From the NCBI GenBank assembly GCA_965112155.1, contig OZ218098.1: a stretch of 64,000 nucleotides of DNA. One strand, 5' to 3'. A program made the translations under genes and the position numbers. The notes under the pieces were generated by a model. It saw only the letters and a program-made list of their open reading frames with translations, was not told where the DNA came from and ran no database searches. The stretch comes from Podarcis liolepis (Eukaryota). This document shows positions 51,611 through 64,000 of this stretch, in pieces (position 1 is the stretch's first letter; each line of letters starts with the position of its first letter).

Positions 51611-54600
51611 CCTTTCCTCCTCTGTTTTCTGTAGCCCAGGCCATCTCTTCACGAAGGAATTTTTTTGTTTCTTCGTTCGTCTTGTTCTTATGTAATGTTC
51701 GACATATACGATGTGGTTCGTCATCTTCCTGGGTCTCGTCACAACCCCCCGCTATTTCTGAGGGTAGGGGGCTGAGAGAGAAAGGCAGCGCCCAGTAGCC
51801 GAACAAGCAGCGATATGAATCTTATATCCAAGCCAAGTGCAAAATCGACTCCCTGGGCCAATCCTGTTCCTCCTCGCCCTTTGGTCTTCTAGCAGGGGTT
51901 TTTTTTTTGTTTTGTTTTGTTTTTTACAAACTCCTTATGAAAAACTGTAGATAGAGAAATAAATGCCTTCTCTTTACCGCAGTTACCTGGCTAGAAGCAT
52001 ATGCCAACTGAGATCTCTTCTCAGTCAGCTGCTGTTATGCCACTGGTTCCTTATGAATATTATGAAAAAATACTCCATGCAACAATCTCACTCTCGGTTA
52101 GTATTACAGCTGTGTTTCTGCCCTTTGCAGTATGGAGCTGTGTTGTTTTTCAGCCACAGAATCAAAACAGAAAGAAAGTGACAGCCTTTCTCAAGCATGG
52201 TAAACTACCCACTGTTGTGGGAATTGTGTGTAAGGTAAAATTCTGAGAAGTAGCCAGAGAGAAATGTTTTTGTGGTTTTCATTATCACTGGCAGCAGCAA
52301 AGGTCTGCTAGTTTAGACTTTGTGCCCCTTCACAAGTGCCTATCCTCTTAAGTGTTTTAGTGGCATTTTTAAAATTCAAGTTATTATGTTGGATTGCCAC
52401 AAGATGTCAGCATTTACAAATGGGTTACATGACCCCCAAAACTTAAATTAATGTAGGCGTCTAATGTGATGTATGTGTTATTTGTTCTTCTTGAACACTG
52501 ATTTGCCTGCCATGGTGATACTCTAAAGCAGTTTTGCCCTGGTGGGCTAGATCTTTATCTCTCCCACCCCAATGGGCCAATTTTGAGAAGTGTGTGGGAC
52601 CACCTACCTGTCAATCATTTGGTGACATATTTATATCAGGTGATTGACAGATGGACTGTTCCAACCTACTGTCATTGCTGGCCCTGGGGGAGAATTGAAC
52701 TCCCTATGCATTAGCTCATGCAAGAGTTGTGTGTGTGTCTCTATGTGTTTCTGTCCTGCTCTGTACATACTGGGAGGTGCCAGTCCAGTTCCAGCAGGAA
52801 GAGGCTGATGTGCTTGATCTGAGCTGAATTGAACTTCCTGAGCTTCAGCTAATGCATAGGAGTTCAATCCTGATTTCTATCTGCCCCACACATAACATCA
52901 TACATGATGGACTGGAGAAACCTGGGGAAATTAGCCTTATGTATCATATTAATTTTTTTTTCTTACTCAGGGCTCTGCCTTCAGAAGTGGAAGTCTTGGA
53001 GTCCATCTACTTGGATGAGCTGCATGTGTCTAAAGGAAATGGAAGGTAATTGCAACATTGTCAGATCCTTTGCTGGTTCTTTGTTTTATGGTATGGATCA
53101 CTCCTGTGATCTTGCATATGTCATTGTGGAACTTGATTCCTGGTTTAAAAGACTGTACCCTGTTTTTGGATTAGACTACAGTGCCCTGCACAAACTCGGA
53201 ATGAATTGCAACCCCTGATTCATGTTTGTTAATTTCCCAAAATATTATCACTTCTTTTTTCCCCTCCTTGTATTTGATACTACCATTCTGAAATAGTTAT
53301 CTTTGTAAGAATATGGGGTGGGAAGAATGAAAGGTCTGCATTATGCCTGCTTCAATCTCCTTTCAGCCTGAGAAAGGAAGGAATAACAACCCACCTGCAT
53401 TATCTCTCCTGTTCCATCTTCCTTTCATTTGACACCAGACTCTCACTTGAGCCTCTCTTCAACCCTAGGTCTGTGCCGTGGGAAATATCTATCACCCTTC
53501 ATCCAGCAACTGCAGAGGACCAGGAGTCTCAGTATGTCTGCTTAACCTTGGTGCTATCCGTGCCTCTTCAGGTAAAGCCTTGTATGTCCTGAGTGACTAT
53601 TTTGCTATGTAGCACTTTAGCATGGCTGTACTACTCATTTTGACTTGGTTTTGTTTCTTATTAGTATCCAAATGAAGTGCCAAAGATAGCCATCCAGAAT
53701 CCTCGAGGGCTGTCAGATGAGCAAATCCAAAAGTAAGTGTATTATGCAAACTCTTTCCAGTTCAGTGCAAGAAGTAAGGTTTTCTTTGTTTCAGTCTGTC
53801 ACACTTTTAATGGAAAGTGTGGGGAGGTGGGAGCTTCTTTATATTGTGTTCCACCTGCCCAATGATCTTATGTGGAATATGTATTATGCAGCTGTTCTCT
53901 TAATTTAGAGCTGTGCTGTGAAGGCTGTTGCTATGTTACTAACACTGGGAGCATGGGGAATGAGGTTACAAACAAGACTGGAAGTTCTAATCATGTATGC
54001 AGCATGTTTGGGTACATATAAATTATTTATGGTGTTTGTGTGTAAAATTGGCATTGGGGGAATACATGTTAAAGGAGATCTTTCCCTTAAAAGTTATTGA
54101 TAGGTGGACAAAATTAAGAGATGAGAGGCAATGCATCTTGGTACATTACTGTATCAGAAATGCAGCATCTTCATCCAGAACAAAGTCCCATCTTCTGTTG
54201 CTCTTTACACATGGCTTACTAGAACCTGCTTTCCCTTCCATGCTTTCCCTTCCCCTAGAAGGGCTTCAAGCTGCTTTTTCAATTTCAGTCTGGTACCACT
54301 TCCTTCTAATTTGTACTGAAGTAGCTACTATGTCGGGTGAGAGGCTGGAGCCCATCCTGTATTGCTGTTGAGATTGCTATTGCAAGTGGCTGATTTAGCC
54401 ACTCCAGTTCTTGCCATCTCTCTTCCCTGGACATCCATTCTAGCCTTTCTCCTTACCCTGCCCCCTTTTTTGCCTCCATTTTAGGATTTCCCAGACACTA
54501 CAATGTACTGCTGAGGCCCAGCTGGGTACAGCTATGTTATATGAGCTAATAGAGGTAAGAGAACAGAAAGGGGAGGCAGGCTGTCCAGACCTATGGCTTG

Positions 54601-57600
54601 GGCTGTTGCGCCTTTATTGTGTGAAATGACAAACTGACCCTCTCTGTCTTCACAGAAGGGAAAGGAAATCCTTACAGACAACAACATCCCTCATGGGCAG
54701 TGTGTGATTTGCCTATATGGCTTTCAGGTAAGGGCATGCTGGATTGGCATCTTGTTTTCATTTGTGGGGAGCCATAGGGAATAAAAGCACTAATATAAGG
54801 AAGTGGAAGAATGAGGTGAAGCTGGGACTCACTCAAAAAGGAAGGAAGAGGGAATGGGAACTTGTTGGGATGTCTCTAGATCCCTTCCTTAGTGCTGTGT
54901 TGCATTCTGTTCTGCAAAAGTGTGTGCATGTGTCCCCATAGTGGGAAGGGGGGTAACAGTGGGAATGGGGTGCAAAAAGCCCCTGTTAATGTGATTGTTT
55001 GAATCTGAGCCAGCATCCACATATATTACCGTACATATGAATTGAATTGAAATTGGATTGAATGGGAATTATTATTTCAATGTATGCTGAAAACGCACAG
55101 TGTAGCTGATTTGTATTAATAGGAATCTGTTCCTTCCCCTGTGCAGGAAAATGAAGCTTTCACTAAGACGCCATGCTACCACTACTTTCACTCACGTTGC
55201 CTTGCCAGTTATACAGAGCATATGGAGGAAGAGATCCGTGCAGAGAGGAAAGAAAGAGTACAGCCTTTGGCACCTCTGCCCAAAGAGGTAATAGCTCCTT
55301 GCATGCACCCCACAGCTGCTTCTAGAACTTCACCAACTTTTTCCTCCAGGAATTGCTTCTGAATCTGGATCAACATTTCCAGTTCATTTTGGTTATTGGT
55401 TACGGTGTTGAGAGCTGTGGACAAGATTTTCCCAGATAAATGTTAAAATGGTTTTCCATGGTTCAGTGCTGTGCATACTTTCACATTTGCAAGTTATTTT
55501 GTCTACAGAGAACAAAATGTTAAGTGATGTGTAAAGTCTGGGAATCTAGTTAAAGACCAGAGGAGATGGTCAACATATCTTCCTTTGCTTCAAATACTAA
55601 GGAACTGGGGTTCTGTAGATAAAGGCAATCTTCACAGCTGCAGTACAAGTGACCAAAAAGTATACTCACGTTATATCTTCTTGAACACCTGTGTTGGTGT
55701 GTTTCCTGGTGGTAAAGATTGTGAATGGACTACAACATACACAAAAAAGCTTTGCCAAGAAACAAAAGTTATCTTCCTCCACTCCCAAACAATAGAATAG
55801 TCCTGAGGGCAGGGTTGCTAGTGGTGAATCTTCACTCTGAGATAATTTTTGCACTAGCTTTGATGCAAGTTGTGATTGCATTAGGAAGGCCCAGTAGCAT
55901 CTTATAAAAGAGAACACTTTACTGGTGGATGCTTATAGAATGAAATTAATTACTGTATTTTTCGCTCTATAAGACATACTTTCCCCCTCCTAAAAAGTAA
56001 TGGGAAATGTGTGTGCGTCTTATGGAGCACATGAATGCAGGCTGCGCAGCTGTCGCTGAAGCCAGGAGAGCAAGAGGGATTGGTGCGCACCGATCCCTCT
56101 TGCTCTCCTGGCTTCAGGGACAGCCCCGCAAAGCCTCCTGAGCACAGCAGGAGCGCTCCTCCCGCTGTGCTCAGGCTTTGTGTTGCTTTCTTGTTTTCCT
56201 CCTCTAAAAACTAGGTGTGTCTTATGGTCAAAGTGCGTCTTATAGAGTGAAAAATACGGTAAGTTCCCAGGAGGCTTGGATGATGAGCTCAGAATCCAGG
56301 CTGTCCCATGACCTTTTAGTCAAACTGCACAGCACTCTTCTGCCAATAACACTGTTGTTGAGTGCTAGAGCTCCCCAGGATGAGTAGCAGTTTATCAGGA
56401 AAATACTACTCTCTTAAGACACACTGGTGGAGTATGAGAACAGTAGCTGTATATCCCATGACTAGGTCTAACCAAGGCCGAATTTTGTTGTTATTACCTT
56501 CTGTACAGGAATTTGAAGTGCAGTGCCCTGTGTGCAGGGAGCCTCTGGTTTATGATCTTGCAACATTGCAAGCAGCACCACTTCCACAGCAGCCAATGGT
56601 AAGGAAACTTTCAAAGCAGACCTTTCACATGGACTTGCTGCTCTTTAAAAGATGCACCAGGCAGGCACCCTCTTGCTTCACTAATCTCTCTCACTTATTG
56701 GACCTGTTGGGCAACCCCATTTCTCCAAATGAGCTCTGTTAAGTGTTATTTCCAAATAATCATATACCTGGTGCTCTGTACGTCTGCAGGTGGCTATGAG
56801 TTCTAACATTCTTACCAATTTTTACTTCTACACCAGGGAGAGGAAATTATTTTCAGCCAGGGAGCTGTCTTCCTTTCTATTCAACCTTCCAGGGGCCACA
56901 TAGGAATTTTATTGTTTGTATAGCAGGCTAGTTTCACACCCCTTCTTCATTTAGGCAAAAAGTATTAACAGAGTGAAACAACAGATATAGTCAACCCGTG
57001 TCTTTGCTTCCCCGTTACAGAATAAGTGGTACATAAACCAATAGGTGGTTTAGAAATAGCAGCTTAGGTTCTAACTAAGAATCCTCTGGGAGCAGCATGC
57101 TGTGACTGGAGTTTTACTAATGAGATGCTCTTGCCTGTGTAAGGAAGTGGGAGGCTGCATTCCTCCCCCCCAGTCTTTCTCTGTGCCTGCCCCCCGGCAG
57201 CCCCTTTGCCCATCAGATCTGGAGGGTTGAGAGACCCAGAAGGCTCTGTTTGGGCCAGTCATCCAATTACATGCCTCTCTTTCCTCAGGAGGTGTACCAA
57301 CCTGACACACAGACACTGCAGCACAGAGAACAACTGCGCCTGATCTATCAGAAACAGCAGGAGAAAGGAGGCATCATTGACCCTGAAGCAGAAAGAAATC
57401 GCTACTTCATCAGCCTGCAAAAGGTTAGTGCAGGCAGCAGGAGTACAAAGAGGATAATGGTCATAGGGAAAGAATGAAACAATGGAGGTAGCAATTTTTA
57501 CTTGCTGAGACATCCTGTCTTGTAGCACAAGAGAGAGCTTTGATATTTGCATCCTAGGCAATTCTTTTAAAGTGCTGATGACTCTTGTTGCTGGCAATTT

Positions 57601-58505
57601 TGCAAGTTACTATAGGGAAAGATTTAAGCAGCAAAGCCTGGGGAAGAGAGATGGGGTGACATCAATATATTAATTCCTGTGGGATCTTTGCCACTCAGAC
57701 TGAGAATCAAGCCTGCTGGGTTTATGCATTTTCTGCCCTTCATTTTGGTTTCTATCCTTTTTAGCCCCCAGATACCACTGAACATGAACAAGTAGCCATC
57801 TCAGAAAATGTTCTGGATACTGACAAGGAACTGAGGCCATCAGTCCGCTCAGAACATACCCAAGGAACTGCAGAGGCTGCTGTTCCAGTGAGGAATGAAC
57901 CTGAAAAACCAGAGAGACCTTCTGTCCCTTTGCATTTCCATAGCAAGAGAGAGAGGACTCGAGATGAGAAACCATCTATACAAGGCCCTGGCTGGCAGCT
58001 GCGCTACAAGTCACTGGAGACACCAGCAGAAACTCATTGTCTTCTCACTGTTGAGGGGAAATCCAGAACCTTCAGTAGAAGACCCAACTGGAGAAAGGAG
58101 AGGGGACAGCGAAGCTGTGGGAGGTACAATCAAGACTTCTCAAAATCTTGCAGCAGAGACCAAGTGTCTTCACTGGTGGAGAAAAAAGAGCTGCGCACCA
58201 GAGGAATCTCACCAACCAAAGAGGGAGTGTATTTGAGAGAGGAGAAAAATGTTGTGGGGAAATGGACGCAGGAGCAGAAAAGTCAAGCCCATGACAGTGA
58301 GGAAGTAAACTTGGAGGTTAGCCATAATGAGCTCAGGGGGTCGGCCAAGTGGCAGGGTCGCCGTGGGATGCAGGATTGTAGGCAGTGGGAAAGGACCAAG
58401 GGCAGAGAACATGGATCTTATATTAAAGTGCCAAGAGGCCGAGGACGCACCACATTGAACTCAAGGAGAGAGTTGCAGAGCCAAGAGACTGAGGATGGCT
58501 CCTAG
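51481..58505 (+). CDS. RNF25: RNF25 (AO7) RWD + RING-H2 E3 ubiquitin ligase, complete CDS in 10 exons (1545 nt, 514 aa)
   Basis: Exons 51481-51530, 52971-53045, 53469-53571, 53665-53732, 54485-54554, 54656-54727, 55147-55287, 56509-56598, 57289-57423, 57765-58505; RWD (LPSEVEVLESIY...YPNEVP), RING-H2 (CVIC..PCYHYFHSRC..CPVC), QEKGGIIDPEAERNRYFISLQ, C-terminal EDGS*. Confidence 0.96.
52971..53045 (+). CDS. RNF25: RNF25 exon 2
   Basis: ALPSEVEVLESIYLDELHVSKGNGR. Confidence 0.93.
53469..53571 (+). CDS. RNF25: RNF25 exon 3
   Basis: SVPWEISITLHPATAEDQESQYVCLTLVLSVPLQ. Confidence 0.93.
53665..53732 (+). CDS. RNF25: RNF25 exon 4
   Basis: YPNEVPKIAIQNPRGLSDEQIQK. Confidence 0.93.
54485..54554 (+). 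CDS. RNF25: RNF25 exon 5
   Basis: ISQTLQCTAEAQLGTAMLYELIE. Confidence 0.93.
54656..54727 (+). CDS. RNF25: RNF25 exon 6
   Basis: KGKEILTDNNIPHGQCVICLYGFQ. Confidence 0.94.
55147..55287 (+). CDS. RNF25: RNF25 exon 7
   Basis: ENEAFTKTPCYHYFHSRCLASYTEHMEEEIRAERKERVQPLAPLPKE. Confidence 0.93.
55953..56259. mobile_element. Tc1/mariner-superfamily MITE of a second family with internal palindromes
   Basis: TIR CTGTATTTTTCGCTCTATAAGAC / GTCTTATAGAGTGAAAAATACGG, TA on both sides. Confidence 0.85.
56509..56598 (+). CDS. RNF25: RNF25 exon 8
   Basis: EFEVQCPVCREPLVYDLATLQAAPLPQQPM. Confidence 0.93.
57289..57423 (+). CDS. RNF25: RNF25 exon 9
   Basis: EVYQPDTQTLQHREQLRLIYQKQQEKGGIIDPEAERNRYFISLQK. Confidence 0.93.
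57765..58505 (+). CDS. RNF25: RNF25 exon 10 (last coding exon)
   Basis: PPDTTEHEQ...WQGRRGMQDCRQWERTKGREHGSYIKVPRGRG...ETEDGS*. Confidence 0.92.
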   Translation, partial: PPDTTEHEQVAISENVLDTDKELRPSVRSEHTQGTAEAAVPVRNEPEKPERPSVPLHFHSKRERTRDEKPSIQGPGWQLRYKSLETPAETHCLLTVEGKSRTFSRRPNWRKERGQRSCGRYNQDFSKSCSRDQVSSLVEKKELRTRGISPTKEGVYLREEKNVVGKWTQEQKSQAHDSEEVNLEVSHNELRGSAKWQGRRGMQDCRQWERTKGREHGSYIKVPRGRGRTTLNSRRELQSQETEDGS

Positions 58506-58715
58506 CAGGCAGGAGTTGAGGCTTGAGGGGCTTTTTCTAGGGGTGAACACAGGTGATTTTGTTGTACTGTCAACCATTGGCCTGGATTGTAAGGAAAAGC
58601 AGATCTGTCTTGAAATTCTCCTCTCGGCCATGGGCGGTTTATGTCTTGCAGAGTAGGGGTATATTGTCCTCAGAGATCAGAATTACTGTCTGTGGACTGT
58701 AGTAAATAACTGAAT

Positions 58716-58721
58716 AATAAA
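58716..58721 (+). terminator. Candidate RNF25 polyadenylation signal
   Basis: AATAAA about 210 nt after the stop codon. Confidence 0.6.
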
Positions 58722-61006
58722 TGGTAGCCAAATGCTATTGCCCATGGGTAAACTGTAGGATCTTACAGTCAATCAGCACTGTGTAGAGGACTGAGGCTGA
58801 ATCACTGAACTAAAAGCCAAGCTTGAAAAATAACTATTAAGTAACCCTGTTCTAAAATAGGTGCTAAAAATAGAAGGACCATAAGGGAGTACAGGTCTCC
58901 TTGTTTACTGTCCAGAACTATGGAGAGGACTTGCAATTAATAGTGTCACTATTTTTAGACATGCCTTATTGATGGTATTGGCATATGTGAAAAGAGTGGA
59001 CTTTAATCAACATTGAATTGGCGGCTGTTGACCACAGAGGGTTCTTTAAGCCCCCCAACTGTGGCCAGACTGAATGTTGGGGTCTCCCACTGCCTCATTG
59101 TAATTGGCTAATGTTCAGTAGTGATTGACCTTGAAGTGCAAACATCAAACATGCCTATTCTAAAGGGCCTTTAAATTATAAGAAGTCCAACTCCTTACTC
59201 ACCCAGTAGTTGGATTTGGAGCTAGTATTGGCAACAAAGGCTTCAGCTCCAGGTACACCAAGGCTCTCGTCTTTGCCTATTTTCACAAATGTGATATCCT
59301 GCAATGATTTACTACTAACTGTAATCCTGTCCAGAGTTCACGTGACTTATGTTTTGGGTCTTATCATCTTTGATTCGAGCCAAATTTGGTTTTGTTGGGG
59401 TGAGAAGTCTCTTGTGCTCAACTGGCTTTCCCTTCCTAACCTTATGGCTTTGTGTATGTGCATTCACCCACACACCATTCAAGAACAGCTCTACTCTCCA
59501 TTTGGGAGGGTAATACCAATGTACCTACCTATTTTTAGGCTACACAGTCCCTGTCATCTCCCTCAGCAAAATGCAGCCTTGTCTTCATGGGTATTTCTGC
59601 TCAGAGGAGGAGTCTGTAGCAATATGGAGTACATGTGGCCACTATGCAAACATTTTGAACAGACTTTCCTCCACTTGTATTTCTATTTTGTCACATATTT
59701 ATGGCCTTCCTCCCCCCACAACAAATTTTACCCTAGGCTGTGTGAAAGTTCCCAAGCTGCTTAAATTCCTTATATGTCTGCAAAATGTCCCCCCACCCCT
59801 CCCCAAGTGAAGCTTTGCCAGACTTCATAATTTTCCTTTTCTGCTTAGCCACAGTAACATTGTAGATGTGTGACAACTTTACAGAGCACAGTGGCCAAAA
59901 TGACCTTACAATAGAAGTGTGACTGATTTTAAACCAGTTCATGCTAGAGGCTAAAGCATGTCATTACTCATTTGCATGCATGCACATGTACCAGTTTGAG
60001 CAGTTCTGCCTATTAAAAGGATTGATGTGAGATTGATTTACCTCCCTGCACTGTGGTGAGGTGTAATTTGTGGTGATGTGATGCAAAACAGGAGTATTAA
60101 AAGCAATTTGAGTAAACCAATCTATGACTTTTTCGTGGATAAAGAACATAGCTGCTGCTGTGCTGCATGTGATGAGACCATTCAACAATATTACCTTCCT
60201 GCCTCTTTTTAGATGGTTTCTAACCTATGACCCAAGCAGTTTAAGACTTCTTAGCTAAAATGAAATACCTTTTGATTATAAATGAAAAACAATCGGGTTC
60301 TAATTTGGACATCTTTCTGTTGGATTCACATTTTCTTTTTTGTAAACTGTTCTTCTAAGGAGAAAGGCTGCTTCATTTTGCACCACTTGAAACTTCTGAA
60401 CAATAATGAATGGAGCCTACATAGAATACAAAACATGGGTAACACAGTATCTAGATCCTGATTGGCTTTTCTGGACAGGGTTATAATACAGACATAGGTC
60501 CAGGTCCAGGAATACCTAAAAGCTATACATCTTAGGAACTTGGGTCATAAAAACTGACCCAAAGGCACTTTGTTAATTGGTGAGCAAAGTGCATATAGCT
60601 CCTGTAGTGTGCATTAGGTAAAAAAAGAAAGAAGGTAAGAGCTGGATTTCAGGCTACTTTATTAGAGTACACAAACTGTTCATTTGAGTTTGGATGGATT
60701 ATTTCAGATTACCTGTCAAACTAAGCAGTCTTCCTGAGTTGCTTGAACCAAACATATGCAGATATACAATGTCTGACTCTGCCCTATTGAGCAGCCATCT
60801 TGATCTGAAGGGAGGTTATACAATGATGAACACTCATCCTAATGTGTGGAGGTTATATATATTTCCATCTATATATTTTTCTGTCTTTTATACCACACTT
60901 TTTCATGCAGTTCCCCAAATGCAAAGAGTCTGGTTTTTAAAAGTGGATTTTGTTGCAGCAAAGCACTTATTCCACTTGAATTGTATAGACTTATTTTTCT
61001 GATTGT

Positions 61007-61354
61007 GGGACGCGGGTGGCGCTGTGGGTTAAACCACAGAGCCTAGGACTTGCCGATCAGAAGGTCGGCGGTTCGAATCCCCGCAGCGGGGTAAGCTCCC
61101 GTTGCTCGGTCCCTGCTCCTGCCAACCTAGCAGTTGAAAGCACGTCAAAGTGCAAGTAGATAAATAGGTACCGCTCCGGCGGGAAGGTAAACGGTGTTTC
61201 CTTGCACTGCTCTGGTTTGCCAGAAGCAGCTTAGTCATGACCTGGAAGCTATACGACGGCTCCCTCGGCCAATAAAGCGAGATGAGCACCGCAACCCCAG
61301 AGTCAGTCACGACTGGACCAAATGGTCAGGGGTCTCTTTACCTTTTACCTTTAC
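61007..61354 (+). mobile_element. Sauria SINE, full length, young
   Basis: Intact A box and B box (GGTTCGAATCC 61070-61080), CpGs retained, TSD tatttttctgat on both sides. Confidence 0.9.
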
Positions 61355-62351
61355 TATTTTTCTGATATGCAACTGAATCCCTTCAAAATATGTAATGGGA
61401 CGGTGCCATGTGGGAGGTATGGTAGAAGAGAGATGAACGTGCTCAAAACTGGAACAGGAGCCAAACATCAGACAAGTAGGAAGGGATGAGACTGGGAAAT
61501 AAAGGGACAAGAGGAGCAATGGAGTGAGGGTACCATGTTGTAGAACTGAAGGTGAACAAAATACTGTTTGCCCCATTTGCTCTCTAGGACTGTTGAGATC
61601 CTTAAAAAATATCCATCACTATTAACAAGTGTTTGATTATAGGGCATACACAGCGTACTCATGGAGGAAACAGCTGCTGCTTTTTCTTTCATTCTGTCAT
61701 CCTTGGTGAATGGCTGTGCCTTCTTTGAGTAGGTCTCAAGGCATCTGGATCTGTGCTGTTGATCACATCCTCTGCTTGACACTTTCCCCTATTGTTTTGC
61801 TGTCTCCTGATTGTTCTGCCTTCCTTTTTACCAACTGCTCTCGATCCTTTAAGGACTTTAGCCCTCATTTCATAAACCCACCCCATTTTCTTCCATCTTG
61901 TCCACATCCAGCAATTTCTTTTATAAAATCTCTGAAGTGCAGGATCTGTTTCTTCCTGAACCTTCCTAGTCTTTCCCATGCTTTTGCCTATTTGTCTGTG
62001 ATATATTAGAGTTACTGTCCCACCCTGGGTTAAAACTAATACCTCAAGTATCTTCTCTCTCCACCCCCCCCCCAATGTATGAAAGAACCCCCTTTCCATG
62101 TTTTGCTGTTGTAACATTGGCAAGAAGAGCAAGTGCTGTTTCACACCCGGGTGTTGCTATAAATAGAAGTGGAACCACCCGCCTCAAGAACACTCAATGG
62201 CACTAACAGTACGTCCTAACCCAGCCTGCATGGAGAACTTCATTGTAACCATTAACTCAGATCAAACAGACTTGGGAATCGTTAGAGATCTGGCAGTGCT
62301 GTTTACGGCATACGTAGCTTACTGCACGCACACACATATATATGTGGTTGA

Positions 62352-62438
62352 TTGTTGTTGTTTAGTCGTTTAGTCATGTCTGACTCTTCGTGACCCCATG
62401 GACCAGAGCACGCCAGGCACTCCTGTCTTCCACTGCCT
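62352..62438 (-). mobile_element. BovB/RTE LINE extreme 3' end
   Basis: Minus strand GGCAGTGGAAGACAGGAGTGCCTGGCGTGCTCTGGTCCATGGGGTCACGAAGAGTCAGACATGACTAAACGACTAAACAACAAC, typical BovB tail. Confidence 0.85.
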
Positions 62439-63498
62439 AAACTCGACACAAGTATTTCCAAGGTGGGAAGAGTGAGTGTGTACATTGATGTTTGGGTGAT
62501 GGGCACCATTTTGAATGAAAATAGTGAACCAAGACATTATTTTGGTGTTACTTTGCCCATTTTTGGCACAGGTTCAGTCATCTGTCGAGATCATAACGAA
62601 ACATTGCACAAGGGTTCCCAAGATGGGGGCAGCAATCTTTGGCAATGTTTGGCTGCTGGATGCCAAGCCTGTGCAGAGCTTGTCTGAGACCCATGGCAGA
62701 AGTCCCCTGTTGACTGGGAGGAATGGGGTATTATTGGCATGACAGTCCAGCAAGCCCCTGCCCCGTCCCCCAGCTGGCTTAGCCCTCTGAGGCCCGGGGC
62801 AGGTATGCCTGGCTCCCCCCACTCTACACAGGCTTCCTGGACACCATCTTGAATCATGATGGCAGACCAAAACATGACTTTGGCATGACTTCACCCAATT
62901 TTTGGCGGGACATGTCTAAACTCACAAATTACACTCCGTTTAAAAATAACAGGTTTCTAAAAATTCCCAGGCAGCGCCAAGCACCCCCTGCTAATAAAAG
63001 TGGCGGAACCATCTTAGTGATATTTTATATTAAATCCTGATGGGGTTGTGTGCCTTGTCTCTTACAACACATATCTTCCATCTAATAGATAAGAGCAGAG
63101 GTTAGACATATAATGGTCACAAGTTATCTCTGCTTTGTTGCCTTTGCAGTAAGTTTCACTCACTGTAGGAAGCAGCATTGCCAGATCTCCAAGCCAAGTC
63201 ACAATAAAGAGCTTCTCAGTCCTTTGAATTTAGCTAACAGTTCCAATAACTGTAAGTGACCCTAGGCCAGTACATACTGTCTATGCTTCCATAGATAGCC
63301 AGGTTTCCCCTGCAATGAGTACCTATTAGCGCCGGGAACAGAACAAACAGTGAGCTTCTTCTAAAAATATCCCATGCACACATAATGTGTAGGGAGTTCT
63401 CTCCATTCAAAACAGTGATCAGTAATGGACAATCGGTGTTCTGTTTAATAAATATAATGAAACCAGTAAGGAAGTATCAACAGAGTTTCTATGGAATC

Positions 63499-63595
63499 TA
63501 CAGTGCAATCCTATACTCAGAAGTGAAGTGAGCCTTGCTGAGTTCAATGGACCTTACTCCCAGCTCAGGTAAATGTGTATGGTATGACATCCTTA
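63499..63595. repeat. Ancient ~90-bp semi-palindromic squamate repeat
   Basis: CAATCCTATACTCAGAAGT...GAGTTCAATGGACCTTACTCCCAG; decayed relatives near 10075-10158 and 32070-32164. Confidence 0.5.
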
Positions 63596-63800
63596 GAATC
63601 CCAATATTTTTAAAGCTGACCAATCAGCTCTTTCCCCCATTAAATCTGGGCACCAAATTAGCAAATGCATTCTATTCAGCTCAATATCCATTCTGTGTTT
63701 TTAATCATAATCTTGGCTGGCAGGGATGAGGGACTAACCTTCAGAAATAGGTTATGGACCTAGGTTTCCTTGGCATTCATGGAATTGCCATTATAATATG

Positions 63801-63975
63801 CAGTGCTTTTTTCTGGGGGAATGCAGGGGTATGCACACCCCTAAGCATTTTGTGAATCTTTGTACTTTTGTCATTTACTGTTTTTATTTTTCCCAATTTG
63901 AGCTATAAAATGGTGGTTTTCTTGAGTCAAAATGAGAGTACCCCGAAACGGTTTTTTAGAGGAGGGGAAGCACTG
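63801..63975 (+). mobile_element. hAT-type MITE (CAGTGCTTTTTT TIR family)
   Basis: CAGTGCTT...AAGCACTG termini, perfect 8-bp TSD ataatatg. Confidence 0.82.
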
Positions 63976-64000
63976 ATAATATGTTTGCACGGTGTATAAT

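Noticed and set aside
61920-61945. QRFY peptide as the BCS1L last exon
   Set aside because: Only a 4-residue match; flanking sequence does not resemble the BCS1L C-terminus as I recall it

Overview
Eukaryotic (vertebrate) genomic DNA, very probably a lacertid lizard, judged from Sauria-SINE, Squam3-like SINE, BovB, CR1 and squamate-type MITE content. It holds two head-to-head gene pairs arranged tail-to-tail. CNPPD1 (minus) is partial, with coding exons 1-5, and runs off the left edge. RETREG2/FAM134A (plus) is complete, with 9 coding exons and about 554 aa. STK36/Fused (minus) is complete, with 26 coding exons and about 1324 aa. RNF25 (plus) is complete, with 10 coding exons and about 514 aa. 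All exons were assembled by hand with GT-AG boundaries and consistent phase. Most short ORFs in the track are spurious or exon fragments. The most notable observations are an AKAP-consensus amphipathic helix in the RETREG2 tail, a fold-back hairpin made of an inverted-duplicated tRNA-Ile-like head just upstream of a 31-nt microexon, and an overlapping upstream ORF across the RETREG2 start. Also notable are a near-perfect RFX X-box in the STK36/RNF25 bidirectional promoter, a stop-free in-frame intron at the end of the STK36 kinase domain, inverted MITE/SINE pairs that could drive back-splicing, a decayed Penelope-type hammerhead ribozyme, and a gene order that differs from human 2q35. I found no clear-cut new multi-gene system. 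Comparisons to human proteins and repeat consensus sequences are from memory, not from searches.
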